Assembly: GCF_003918875.1 (NCBI RefSeq)
Contig: NW_025766981.1
Span: forward strand, 620,001 to 684,000
Direction of reading: 5' to 3'
Source: Haliotis rubra
Lineage: Eukaryota
Length of the DNA: 64,000 nucleotides
Position 1 is the stretch's first letter. Each line of letters opens with the position of its first letter. This document shows positions 1 to 12,400 of this stretch, one piece after another. The notes beneath the pieces are model-generated. The model was not told the DNA's origin. It did no database searches and worked only from the letters and a program-made list of their open reading frames with translations. A program made the position numbers and the translations under genes.

Positions 1-1829
1 GGGGCATTTGCATGGGAAACCTTGAGGCTCAGTATGTATCCATGGTGCCGTCAGGTGTTGGAATTTACAAGAGTTCAAGTTATGTCTCTGCTGTTGCCTA
101 CAGGGAAGATATCCATGCTATCAGAGGTGACATTCCATACGAGTCAACAATACGTTCAACTAATTGCTGTCCACTGGTTCAATCAAAGAGGAGGTGCAAA
201 CACTGTGACCTGTACAGAAATACTCTGCGGAAAAAGGATTCACGTCAAAAGGCCCACACTAGCTGTGTCAACATTTTTCTCTGAAGAAATCACCCCACAG
301 CACTATGAACTGAATTCATCTTGTTAAAAAAAATAATATGCTAAAAACTGAGAAGAGATCAATTCAAGCAGAACTTGACCGACTTATAAGACGTGTGCTT
401 GATGTCATCAAAACAAAAGGACATGTGTTAAGCGGCAGTGAAAACAAAGAACTTCTAGAAATTGTGGAACAATACACAAGTGATGCCGAGAGAAGTTATC
501 CAGACGAAAATTCTACTCAAAGGCTCTTCTGGGACCAACAGCTAAAATATGCTAAACTCAAAAACAAATCAACAATGAGGTGGCACCCTATGATGGTAAA
601 GTGGTGTTTGCATTTACGTAGCAAAAGTCAGAAAGCTTACAATGTGGCCAGAGATTCTGGATTTATTGCTCTTCCAAGTACCCGTACCTTATTTGACTAT
701 TCACATGTCTTGCCGAGTACATGTGGCTTTCATGAAAGATTTACTGAACATCTGATAGAACAGGCTGAAAAATGTGGAATGTACAAGGAAGAAGGGAAAT
801 CCTCTGTTGGGATCACCCAAGATGAAATTAAAGTATCAGAAGGACTGGTTTATGACAACAAAAGCGGCGAGTTAGTGGGATATGTAGAGCTGGACAAAAC
901 TGGGAATGACATCAGTAATATGGACAATCTGCTTAGTGGCAGTGATCCCAAACTTGCAAAATCCAATCTGGTTGTTATGGTGAGAGGCATCACTACATCT
1001 TTGCAGTATCCATTTTCTGTCTGGCTACTGATGGAATAATTTCAGCGACTTTATACCCTCCCATATGGGAAACTGTGAGAATACTAACAATTGAGTGTGG
1101 GTTAAAGCCATTGTTTATTACATGTGATGGGGCAACACCTAACAGGAAATTGTTCAAACTACATCGTAATGAAAAGTTGCAGAATACGTTTTGGACTTTA
1201 AACCCATATTCGCTTCCCACCAGGAAACTGTACTTCATATCTGATGTCCCACACTTACTAAAAACGACAGGAAACTGTTTTTCAAATTCAAATTCGTCAC
1301 ATGAATCGTTTTATTCGACTGTCTTAACACTAGACATTTAGAGGAGGCAAAACGCAAGAGGAACCCAGACCTAGAGTCATATAGGACACCAGATGACTCG
1401 AGATTTCATTATCTGACTGATGAATTTCTACAATATTTCAATGACTGGGAAATGGCAGTAATGAATAGGGCAGGACCATATACTCTACGGCAGAGAAAAA
1501 ATATGAAGCTGAGTCAACAGACATTGAATGGTCTCCATATCAGTGTGAACTCCATTGTAGAATGCACTAAGTTTCTTTTGCAAGAAGGAGCAAGTTTTGT
1601 TATGATTCACAGATTTAATCAGGATCCCCTTGAGGAACATTTCGCTCATTATAGACATAAAGATTGATCGAACGGCAACCCAACAGTTTTTGATGTCCGC
1701 AACACTCTTTCTCAACTCAGAGTAATTGGATCTGAAGCACTTGCTCCTATTCGGGAAAATATTACCAAAAGAAGACAACAGGGACCACTTGCTGTGGACA
1801 ATACCCCACTAGCAAAATGGCTGAGATAA
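1..1829 (+). pseudogene. Degenerate P-element/THAP9-type DDE transposase (frameshifts, stops, internal deletion)
   Basis: Motifs spread over ORFs 338-1039, 1075-1341 and 1452-1667: MRWHPMMVKWCLHL..SQKAY..LPSTRTL, QDEIKV..GLVYD, TCDGATPNR, FISDVPHLLK, FDCLNTR, RFNQDPLEEHF. The frame ends ...DNTPLAKWLR* at 1829. Part of the GTP-binding insertion is missing near 1300. Confidence 0.85.
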
Positions 1830-1859
1830 TCAAGTGACATCCTATTTCATGATTATGAC

Positions 1860-4520
1860 TGAAAACTTTGAAACGCTCAACTTCAAGGCGAGACAATCTG
1901 TTTTAAGTGGGACAGAGACATAATTCTACTATTCCCATACATATCTCCAGAGAATTCACCAATCTATGAAGGCTGTGACGATGATGGTATCTCCACACTG
2001 GAGGATTACTTTTACAGAGTGAAATCAGGCTATCCAGGGCCCCTATTTTATCGAAAGGATCCTAGCCCTAGGATATCCTAACTTTGATCCTAGTGTCTAG
2101 GATAGGTGTCCTGCCTAATTCTCAAAGTATCCTAGCGCTAGGATGCACATATTCTTTCGATCTACAAAAGAGATTTGTTCAATTCTTACCTAATCTAGGC
2201 CTTTTTAATTACAACATTGCTCTTTCCAGTCACATTGCCGAGAAATGTCAATGTCAAGGCCAACTTGATAGGGGAAGTATCTCCTGTTTTTTCCTAGGTG
2301 AATTTTTCAGTTTGTGAGATGATGCATAATTAGAGTTCAAGTGGTGATTTTCATAAAAAAACAAATACACTGGAAATACTTTTTGCACATATCTTTAATA
2401 TCCTTATTGGTATTTTTTGGCAGACTTTCAAACTCTGAAGTAAAAATGTAATCGCCTTGTCAAAAAATGAATTTTCAAAAACTTCAAAAGTACTATATAA
2501 TGTGATGGAAATATCGAATAATTTCCTTTAGATCTATTAAGTCCATCAAAAGCTGAATTTCCTTATAATTATGGGTTTTTTTATGTAATGAATCATGGAT
2601 AATATTTAGGGGAATCCCCAACTTAATGAGGGTATTTCTATCTAACCTACTGAAGAGCTCGCTATCCTATCTAGGATAGGTAGCACAAGTTAGGACAGGG
2701 AGAGGATCGTTTCGAGAATGGGTCTTATCCTAACGATGTCCTAACTTCTGTCTTAACTACTTAGGATCTGTCGTAGCTGGGACACTTTCGAGCATAGGGG
2801 CCCAGAGGAACATGTCTTCCTAGTTGGTGATCTGAATGTCAGAATGAATGACTTTCTTATACATTCCTGATGACATTGTTGAATATGTGTATGATGCAGA
2901 TGTACTACCCCATTGATGTGTTAGACACTCCAAGGAAGATGAGAGATAATAATTAACAGCATAATAACTATGGTATTAAATTTGCTGAACTGTGGTGCAA
3001 GTATGATTGATGACATGTTGGCATCTTCATCACTCTTTCCTTATAATAGATACTTTGGTACTGGTACACTAGATTTTTCATGTTACTTTCTATTATACCG
3101 TTCACTGGATATCTCTTGTAACCATGTAGATAGCCATATGTCTGGTAACTGTGGTAACAGCTGTAATGACCCTAAAGAACATGGACTAAGTTTGTATGGT
3201 TAAAAGATTATGAAAATACCTTGTACAGACAGATGTATTCTGGCATTGATGGCTCTGTATCTTTATTTGTAAAGTTGTCACATGATGCTGCAAGTCATAC
3301 TATGGGTGTATATCCACCAAGGTTTACAGATGATTGCAACCAAAATTAGAGGTGTTAGAGCTCATAGAGATCATTATCAAAGTCTGGATATATATTGTTT
3401 TGAGGAATAGTTTTAGGTATGTATTTAAAGCTAAATGGGAGTGGTATTTCAGTAAGAAGAAGGTGGTTGAAGCCAGCAAGGATTCAATATTTGCCCTGTA
3501 TTTTAAGTGAGATCGTAAAAATGATCCAAAGAATTACAGAATCATTTCACTTATAGATTCCACTTGTGAGATATTAATGTCTGTTATGAATAGCCACCTT
3601 CAAGTATGGTGTGAGGTGCATAATATTAGTGGATCAAAAGCTGGTTATAAGGCTAATTACTCTACAAGTGATCACATATTTTCCTTGCAGCCCTAACTTC
3701 AGAAATACATTAGCAAAATGGATGGAATACTTTATTGCCTGTTTATAGATTTTAGATAATTTCAATTGTGTAAATTTATTTAAGATATTTGATTGTATGA
3801 TCAGACCTATACTATGCTATGGATGATAAAAATTGATGCACTTCTTACTGGAATACCATGGAATCGGTCCACATCAAAGTTTGTACAAATGTATTTAATG
3901 TTGGACAATCTACTTGTAGCAATATGGTTTTATGGAATATGGAAGAGTACCTTTGCAATTTGCATTTATGTTTAAGGCTATTCGAGCCTTTCTTGTGTTT
4001 AATGTAGATTACTTTATATGCCTGATAATGGCTTACCAAAACAATGTTATCTTATCTTTATATAATGTAGGTCACGGTTCATGGACAATAAAGATAAAAC
4101 ATATTCTATTTCAATATGGATTTGGCTTTGTTTGCATTAGTCAGGAACTATGGGATCGAAAAGCTTTAGTTAATGATTTTTAATCAAACATTGTATGATA
4201 ATTTATTTCAGTCACGGTATTCATCTATACAGGCAACCCGTAAAGATTTTATTCTATTTCAATTCTATTTTGAATGTTGTAAGTTTACGTTAGAATTTGA
4301 AACTGGTATATATGAAAATGTTATTCTTGAGGAGGGGTAGTGCAAATCATGTAAATACAAGGGTATGTTTCTAGTGAAAGATGAATGGCATGTATTTGAT
4401 ATATGTGAAACATATTCTGTGTACATTATGAAATATTTTAGCATTTATCACACCATTAATAACTTTGCTGCAGTGATAAACAGTGATGTAATATGGCTAT
4501 TTTTGTACCATGTAAATAAA
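1860..4520 (+). mobile_element. Degenerate APE/RT LINE (RTE-X/CR1-group-like) inserted between the two P-element genes
   Basis: Endonuclease remnant FPYISPENSPIY..DGISTLEDY..|EHVFLVGDLNVR, interrupted by a MITE. RT remnant NDPKNYRIISL..YSTSDHIFSL..LYCLFIDF at about 3480-3755. Related to the LINE at 21456. Confidence 0.75.
2038..2802. mobile_element. Non-autonomous PIF/Harbinger-like MITE
   Basis: TIRs GGCCCCTATTTTATCGAAAG / CTTTCGAGCATAGGGGCC with a CAG 3-bp TSD. It splits a LINE endonuclease reading frame. A second copy lies at 47463-48686 in the opposite orientation. Confidence 0.85.
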
Positions 4521-4842
4521 ACAAGAAAAACGTAAGTGGACATTGTGTACATAATTGTGATGAAGTTTGTATTTTTTGCTGGAGGTCTTTTGCTGAATTA
4601 AACCATCTGTCTGTTTGCCTGTCTGTTTGTCACATAGTGATGATCAGAAACAGTGAACTGAGATACTTTCCATTCAGTGTTAAACATGTATTGACTTTGC
4701 ACGGTTAAATAGGAACAAATGGATTTACATCTCCACAAAAAATATGTATCTGACATAATGTTTTTGTAATAAATAAAGGGACACAAATCACCTAATAATA
4801 AAAAATCCCAGATAAATGAAAATGTCATATTTATCATGTTAA

Positions 4843-6508
4843 TCATTGTAAGGTCTCAATCGTTTTCTCAGAGACTGGGATTTCTTTCCTTTCAAAACTG
4901 ATTTGGCATTTTCCGTCTGGGTTTGGCACGTGTTTTGCAACGGCCCTTTCACGGAGTCTTAGGAATAGATCCACAATGTTCTCTAAGATTGCTGTTTTTA
5001 ATTTATCCTCAGAATCAGTTAGCTTGTCCCAGTAGTATGAAACCGTGATGTCTTGCATGATTGTCTCTTTCAGTGCTGTCTTTTGAATCAGTGTTGCGAT
5101 CATATAAATTAGATGCCTGTCTGCATATTGTCTCAATTTTTCGGACCAGAAAGAAAAAGATATCACCTCAGTCTTTCAGTCCACCACGATTCAACCTTCA
5201 GAGTCCACTTTTTTAACTTGGTTACAAAATCAGGAGACATCTCAGTAGATGAGGCTCAAAGGTTTTTCAGAATTAATGCAGAGGCTGCATTTCCATTCTT
5301 TTTCGAAATTTTCTCCATGGCATAAATCAAATATCCTGATATGTAGAAGAGCACAGAATTGTCTTGGTCTGTAAATGATTCTGCAGACTTCTCTGTTTAC
5401 TTCTGCAGACTTTTAGTAAAATTGTTAACAGCGCATCTGAGGAGGTCATCCAGCAGACCCTGACTAAAGAGGTGAACATGCATTTCTGTCTGTTTTGAAA
5501 CTTTCATGATCACAGATCTTAAATTGGCACAAAATTTAAAGTTTGTCCTCATTGCATGAAATTTACTAAACATTAATTCCTTGTCTGACGGGAAAGAGCT
5601 TGTCTTGCCTAAAACTGCCAATGTATCCAGTAATGGTGGTTTAATTAATGTTTCGAGATGTTGCATTGTGACAGGTGAAGAAATCACTGCTTTGCTGATC
5701 TCAATCATGATACCTCAGGATTTTGATGTGATCGAATTGTGGTTTGGGTTGTTGCACACTTCGGAGACCGCAGACTCAAGCAGTTGTGCAAATGACTTGT
5801 CAGTCAAGGTTGCTATGCTGCTTGATGTGTTTGTGACACCCTTGTTGTAGACAGGTGTAGCAGCAATATCACCAACTTTCTGTGTGTCTGACACCTTGTG
5901 CTGACTGACTGGAGTAAAATTAATTATATTAATATTGCTATTCTCCAGTTGCTGATTAAAACTGTATGTACAGATAACAGTAGGTAACGTGTAATTATTA
6001 TTAAAAAAAACAAAACATTTTTTTACAGATTAACATTCAATGCAGCAGAGATGGTTCGGTGCCTTATTATTATTTTTTTTGTTAAGCATTACCTATAAAC
6101 ACCTTTAATTAACCATGATCTGTGCTCAAAAAAAATTTTATTCAGTGAATATGCTGTGGCCTTAATTTGGATCAATATGACTGCATTTAGTCTGACCATC
6201 ACCTATCTGGAAATATTCACCATATTAGTACTCTCACCTATTACACCGGGTCGTTTGAGTTTGTTGACGACAGGAACACTGAACCCTGACACGGACAAAT
6301 ACTGTTTGGGGCACAGTGGACACTGGTAGCATGTCTTCTTTACGGAAGATGTGTCTGTGTTTTTTGTCTTGGTCTTAGATCGTTCGGTAGATTTATCTTC
6401 GTCATCTGACCATGAATCCGAGCTGAAGTCTAATTCGTACTCTGTCCATTCACCCAACATTGCCGATAAATCGACATCGGATTCGTCCCAATACAAGTAA
6501 TCTGACAT
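4843..6508 (-). pseudogene. Two-exon partner gene of the P-like element: degenerate C2H2 finger plus a domain resembling the P/THAP9 transposase C-terminus
   Basis: Exon 1 is 6508-6238 (MSDYLYWD..CPLCPKQY; the two His positions read Pro and Leu, each one base from a His codon). A GT-AG intron 6237-5909 joins in frame to ORF 5708-5397. The sequence continues through stops and frameshifts to LFYISGY (5331-5345), NRGGL (5177-5191) and ILENIVDLFLRLR. Confidence 0.65.
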
Positions 6509-6835
6509 TGTATGTGTTGGTAGATATATAACGATCGCGCTTATATTACATAGATGCGTGAATGAGCAATGCAACTATAGAACGTGTGACATGCACACAC
6601 ACATGACGTTTTGCGTCGAGAAAACTTCTGACAGCTGCGTTATCCGGATGTTTTGGTAAGTAAGGAAAGCATTGCGCAAGCGCAAGATGGTCAAAAGTTA
6701 ACTCATCGCGAGTCGCGGCTGGGGAACGTTATCACTCGTTATCAATGAACACGGTCAGCTTATGCGGCGCACATCGCCTAAGGCTTCCAATCCTGTGAAT
6801 ATACGTCCTTGGTGAAAGCTAATGAAAACAGTATT

Positions 6836-7014
6836 AGGTTTGTGTCGTGCCCGTTCGCCATTGACGACCTTGACCTTAACCTGCCCCGCACTAAAATGAG
6901 CAAGGGAGATCATTGGCTATAAATAAAATATGCCCCATCAGATCGCTGACTCTTTTCAGTGCGGGGCAGGTTAAGACCAAGGTGGTCAAGGGCGAACGGG
7001 CACGACACAATCCT
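6836..7014. repeat. Short palindromic MITE-like element (about 65-bp inverted arms)
   Basis: AGGTTTGTGTCGTGCCCGTTCGCC..CTGCCCCGCACT versus AGTGCGGGGCAG..GGCGAACGGGCACGACACAATCCT. Confidence 0.7.
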
Positions 7015-7289
7015 GTTTGCGATGAATAGATGTACGTAAATTCATTATGACAGTAAGGTGTAAGTATCTCCGAAAGAATGGCGATAAGCACACTGACATG
7101 TGCCATGTTTTGGTTCAAGTCGTTTGGGTATAGTGTGAAATAACCAAGAAAATTGGTGAGTAACCGCTACAAATTCTGAGCGGGGATTTTGGCTCGGGAG
7201 TTTCATTGAAATAAGATTCATACGAGTTACAGGAGTACAGTTAAATTACTGTAAATAAATATTTTTGCTGCTGTTGTCTCTGGTACATA

Positions 7290-7486
7290 TGGGCGGTGGG
7301 GTTAAAACGTTCGCTCGTCAAGCCGAAGACCCGTGTACGATTCCCTACATGAGTACAATGTATGAAGCCCATTTCTGGTGTCCCCCGCCTTGATATTGCT
7401 GGAACATTGCTAAAAGTGGCGTAAAACTAAATTCACTCACTCAATCAATCAATCTCTCTCTCCCTCCCTCCCTCACTCACTCACTC
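7290..7486 (+). mobile_element. tRNA-derived SINE family A with (CACT)n tail
   Basis: Matches the copies at 52007 and 54626: GGGCGGTGGGG..CGATTCCC.ACATGGGTACAATGTGTGAAGCCCATTTCTGG..ATATTGCTAAAAGYGGCGTAAAACTAAA(CTCA)n. Confidence 0.85.
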
Positions 7487-7607
7487 TGGTGCATTGTCGT
7501 TATCATTAACTTATTGCCAAGAGTTTCATACGCATAGTTGTGATGTGATAACGCTGCGTATCTGGACGTCATAACATACCAGGGGCAATGTATTATGAAG
7601 ATATATA

Positions 7608-9120
7608 TACTAAGCAGCAAAAGAAACGTCAGTTTGGAATTTTCCTTCGCAGAAACGGATAACTGTATACTCATTTAATGTTTTGACTGTATATTTTTGA
7701 CAACATATCCAACTTTACCTGAGCAAAGACATTCCTTCCCAAACTCAAAATGGTCTCAAAAACGCAACCTGATCTCGGAGACGGTACGGTGTTCTCCATG
7801 TTTTTCATGCAACTCATGCTGCACGTGCAGTTCACAAGGACCAGCCCTATAAAATGCACCCCCAAACCTGGTTGAAACATTCACATTACAACGTCAGCAG
7901 GATGCCGCAACTCACGACAGCTTAGAGGAACCAGGCGCTAGGAAGACTTAAAGCTGTCCACACTGCACAAGCCGTTGCCAATCACTTCCAGGTCAACGTT
8001 CGGACCATCTTCAGGCTGCAGCAATTGTTCCGGGCCACCAACATCCCAAATGGCATCCCCGTACTGGCAGACCAAGGGTGACCACAAGATGACAAGACCG
8101 CCATGTTGTGCGACAGCATGTACAGAATCTCTTCATGCCGGCATCCGAAACAGCACGCCAGACAGTAGGAACACACGGAAGACCAATCAGTACTGATACA
8201 GTACGCCGACGTCTTAACAGCGGGAACCCCCATTGCCGTAGACCTTACCGTGGACCTATCCTCACCCCTCGTCATCGGCGTGAACGTCTACAGTTTGCTC
8301 TACAACACCAAAACTGGCGATACAGGCAATGGAGAACTGTTCTGTTCACAGATGAGAGTCGGTACTGCGTATCAACTGCAGATGGCAGAACAAGAATATG
8401 GCGACGACGTGGCCAGCGTTACTCAGACCAATGTGTTATGGAAAGAGACTCATGGGGAGGTGCAAGCATCATGGTATGGGGTGGAATAGACCTGAACCAG
8501 AGAGTGGGTTCTGTGGTGTTCCAGAACCTTGGTCCAGGGAGAGGAGGCGGCATCACAGCGGTGCGCTACATCGACCAAGCTCTCAGACCCCACGTCATAC
8601 CACATTTCGCACGTCACCGGAACAACATTTTCCAGCATGATAACGCCAGGGCCCATACTGCCAGAGCTACACGGGACTTCCTACAGCAGAACGGTGTCAA
8701 CATTATGCAGTGGCCAGCCCTTAGTCCTGATTTAAACCCAATTGAACATCTTTGGGATGAAATTCAGAGGAGACTGAATAATGTCATACCAAGGCCGAAC
8801 ACAGCTGATTTATTGCGCCAGAGTGTGGTTCCAGGTGCCAATGGCCTTCATCAATCGATTGGTGCACTCCATGCATAGACGCTGTGCTGCAGTTATTGCC
8901 GCTCGTGGTGGTCACACTAGATACTGAAGTCAAGAGTCTGAACGGACTGCAAACATTCACGTTATGTCTTTGAACTGTGCTGAGTTATTCATTGATGTGT
9001 CAGGATATTGTACACAAAAAATGTTTTTGATCCGCTTATTATGTCCATTTCTGTAATGATTTGATTACAGTGCCTATCTTATTTTGAATTCGTACTGACG
9101 GGTTTTTCTGCTGCTGAGTA
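7608..9120 (+). mobile_element. Full-length Tc1 (DD34E) transposon with an inactivated transposase (7902-8927)
   Basis: TIRs TACTAAGCAGCAAAAGAAACGTCAG / CTGACGGGTTTTTCTGCTGCTGAGTA flanked by TA. Motifs GRPRVTT, FTDESR, QHDNARAH and SPDLNPIEHLW with D-34-E spacing, ending GGHTRY*. There are N-terminal stops and a frameshift. Confidence 0.92.
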
Positions 9121-9456
9121 TACTTATACCAGTACACGGATTGATATGGTGTGTACGGAACATGCGCATTGCGTATGCACACAACGTTTCCTGCTACGGT
9201 GTAGGCAAGGCCGCGTTGGACAACAGCTACCATCTTTAACGTCTCAAGGTGTGACGACACCATCGACCTTCACCTTCAAAAGAGGCGTTCGTTTCTCGAG
9301 ATCACGGGGGCCGATCAGCTCATTATCTTTTGTACTGTCGTGTGGGATGTTGTCACGAGACACATTGTTATCAATACGGGCATAGTTTCTATGTGTGTCA
9401 TGTAAGCAATCTATTAATCCCATACCTCAGAACAACTACATTCACCACTATTTACA

Positions 9457-12400
9457 ATGGAGACGAAACCACTTCTACAAAAACCCAGGAAGGAGGAATC
9501 CCTCCTGAATATCAGGAACTTAGTGATGGGAAACATTGTAGCTGTTCTGTACAATATTGCGTCAGCCTTCCATGCCCCGACTCTCGACCAGTACCTCTAT
9601 AAACGGGTGTCGTTGGAAGTATTCGGCAACAACACAGGTGACAGTTTCAGTCCAGCCAACGTTACCTGTTTCACCAACAAAACATCCGAAGGCTACATTC
9701 TTCAGGAAATGGCCCAGAAAGCGACAGCAAACCAACAGATGTACTTTTCCCTCGTTAATAAAGCTGCAGCATTTTTTGGATCTCTAGTTCTTGGATCGTA
9801 TTCTGATTATTTCGGCAGGAAAGTCGTGTTCATTTTACCAGCCATAGGCGACATGCTGAGGAGTGGACTGCTCACGGCCATCATCCATTGGGAACTGGAT
9901 CTGAATTGGTACTACATCGGGGAAGTTCTCTGTGGATTGGGCAGTACGAGTAACGGTATACTTCTTGCTAGTTATGCTTATGCCGCAGACAATACGCCAC
10001 CCCGAAAGTCTCGGACAATAGCTATAGCAGTCATAGACACAACCAGGAACATTGCGTATGCTGGAACCAGTGCTGCCACAGGGTTCTTCATACAGGACAT
10101 TGGGTATTTCTACCCATCCCTCGTGTCTGCTGCCATCATGCTGGTGCTCATTCTTGTTGTAGTCTTTTTCATAAGAGAGAGTAAACATTCTCTCAAACAG
10201 ACCCACAAATCGAAGGTGAACCTTACCCAGGGGATAAGGGACGTGGTAGGAATGTACCTGTTTGACAATACCTGTCGGGTACGGAGTCTTTTCTGGTTGG
10301 GTCTAATGTGCTACTTCTTCTCCCAGATGAGTGTTAATGGACAACTCAATATAAACACTTTGTTTATGTTGAACCTACCGTTCTGTTGGACGCCGGAAAA
10401 GATTGGCTACTTCACAATGGCATCTTCGATGGTGACCCAGGTTCTCGGTGTGCCGATGATCAAGGTCCTGCATTACTGTATAGGGGACGAGGTCATTGGC
10501 GTCCTCAGTGCCTTTACCGTCACAGTTGCCGACCTTTTGCATGGCTTTGCAACAACAGACTGGATGATGTATGGATGTAAGAAATAACTTCACATTTTGA
10601 AATGTTCAGTTGGTATGAAACTGTATATAATATAAACGTTTAATTTATTTTGTTTGTTGTTTAATACCGCACTCAGTAATATTCCAGCTATAAGGCGGGT
10701 ATAAACGTTTTAGCATATTCTTAACTTTGTCCCAAGTTGATTTCCAGTTTCTAAATTCAAGATGCAATGGCGGGAGCCTTTTCTTTTGCTGCCGTACCAG
10801 TGATCAGAGCAATAATGTCCAGAATGGCCCCGAAAGACAGCCAAGGTATGTGCTGAGTTTCACAATTTCGTATAAATACTTTCATTGTAAGATGTATTCC
10901 CTAAAACGTTCGCGAACACCTGGTGTCATTGTCATTTTAGTGATCCATTCATGTATTTTTCACAGCTATTTTCTGCTTTACACCAAACGGTTTCTGGGGA
11001 TAGTTAAGACTATCTATAGTTTTATAGTCGGCTGCGTTCATTGTGTGCCGTAAGTGAAGGACATTGAATGCTCCAGATCCTGAGATACCAGTGATATATG
11101 CGTACCACACATCAGCACACATCAATAGGGCCTGTAAGTAGGTCGCGGGACTTGGCGAGACCTTACTACTTCCGGTAACAAACAACGTTTCACACCTTTT
11201 CGAATGGTCTCATGGCTGTCAGTTGACAGTAAGGAAAAGATCATCCTTGCAGGAATAACAAATTTCCGATCTAACCATCCCCAAATTTGCCAAATATTAC
11301 GATTGTCATCAGCTGTGACAGTCAAGCATGGCTTGGGCGATGCAGAGTCTACCCATTAAATGCATTGTTCAATGCGACATCCTTGTTCATTTCCACCAAC
11401 GACAGATGAATTGGTATTCAAATGTTAATATAATAATAATAATAATGCATTTGTTTAGCGCCTAATGTCCAACCAGTGCTGCTCAGTGGCGCTGTGCAGA
11501 GAAAGTGGAGAAACTTAGTAGGTAGTTTTTAGTTGGCCCCTAAATGCTTCCAGGGAAGATACTGATCTCAGTTCAACTTGCTAGCTCTGTCTCCCATGGA
11601 TGTTTTTGTAGCTGGCATTTTCAGGCTGCCTCATTTCTCAGACCTCAAGACACGAGTTGGACGATAGATTTCGATTATACCTTTGAGGTAAGCTGGTGAA
11701 TTGATGTCATAGAGGGTTGAGTAGGTGATGCAAATTATTTTGTACCGTATTCTCCTCTTTACTGGGAGCCGGTGCAACGACCTCAGCACAGGGGTGATGT
11801 GTTCCTGACATTTTGTCCTGGTTATGATCCTGGCAGCTCTGTTTTGTACAAGCTGGATATGTTGGATTGCTGCTGCTCTGACACGAGGGAGTTCACAGTA
11901 GTCTAGGCGTGAGATGACGTATGACTGAACTAAAATTTTGGTTGTGTCAATGTCCAAATAGCGGCGGATTTTTCCTATTCGGCGGAGATGAAAGGTTGCT
12001 GATCTTGCTGCTGTTAGGGCTTGTGATTCTGGTGACATTGAAGAACGGAAAACAACACCCAGATTCTTCACCTGGGGCACAGGGCAGATAGACTGATCTT
12101 CAACTGTGAGACTACACTCGCCTATTTTGCAAAGCTGCTGCCTAGTTCCAATGATCATGAACTCAGATTTGTCGTCGTTGAGTTTCAGAAAGTTGTTTGT
12201 CATCCATATCTTGATGTTAGCGACACAGCTCTCCATAACATCTTTTGCGTGTTCAACATTAGCTGGTGTAATTCCTATGTAGAGTTGGTTATCATCTGCA
12301 TAACCATGGAATTTTATGTTGTGACTTCGGATGATATTGCCCATTGGAAGAATGTACAGTGAAACCAAAATCGGACCAAGCACAGAGCTGGTGGTATTAT

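Larger units (their letters stand above)
1..6811. mobile_element. Putative P-superfamily DNA transposon (left end outside window) carrying two convergent genes
   Basis: Transposase (+) and a convergent partner gene (-). Candidate right terminus ...GAATATACGTCCTTG at 6811, whose reverse complement CAAGGACGTATA fits the CANRG start of P-superfamily TIRs. Confidence 0.5.

Noticed and set aside
10900-11420. Possible decayed transposase fragment on the minus strand in intron 2 of copy 1
   Set aside because: There is no motif I can assign with confidence without a search.
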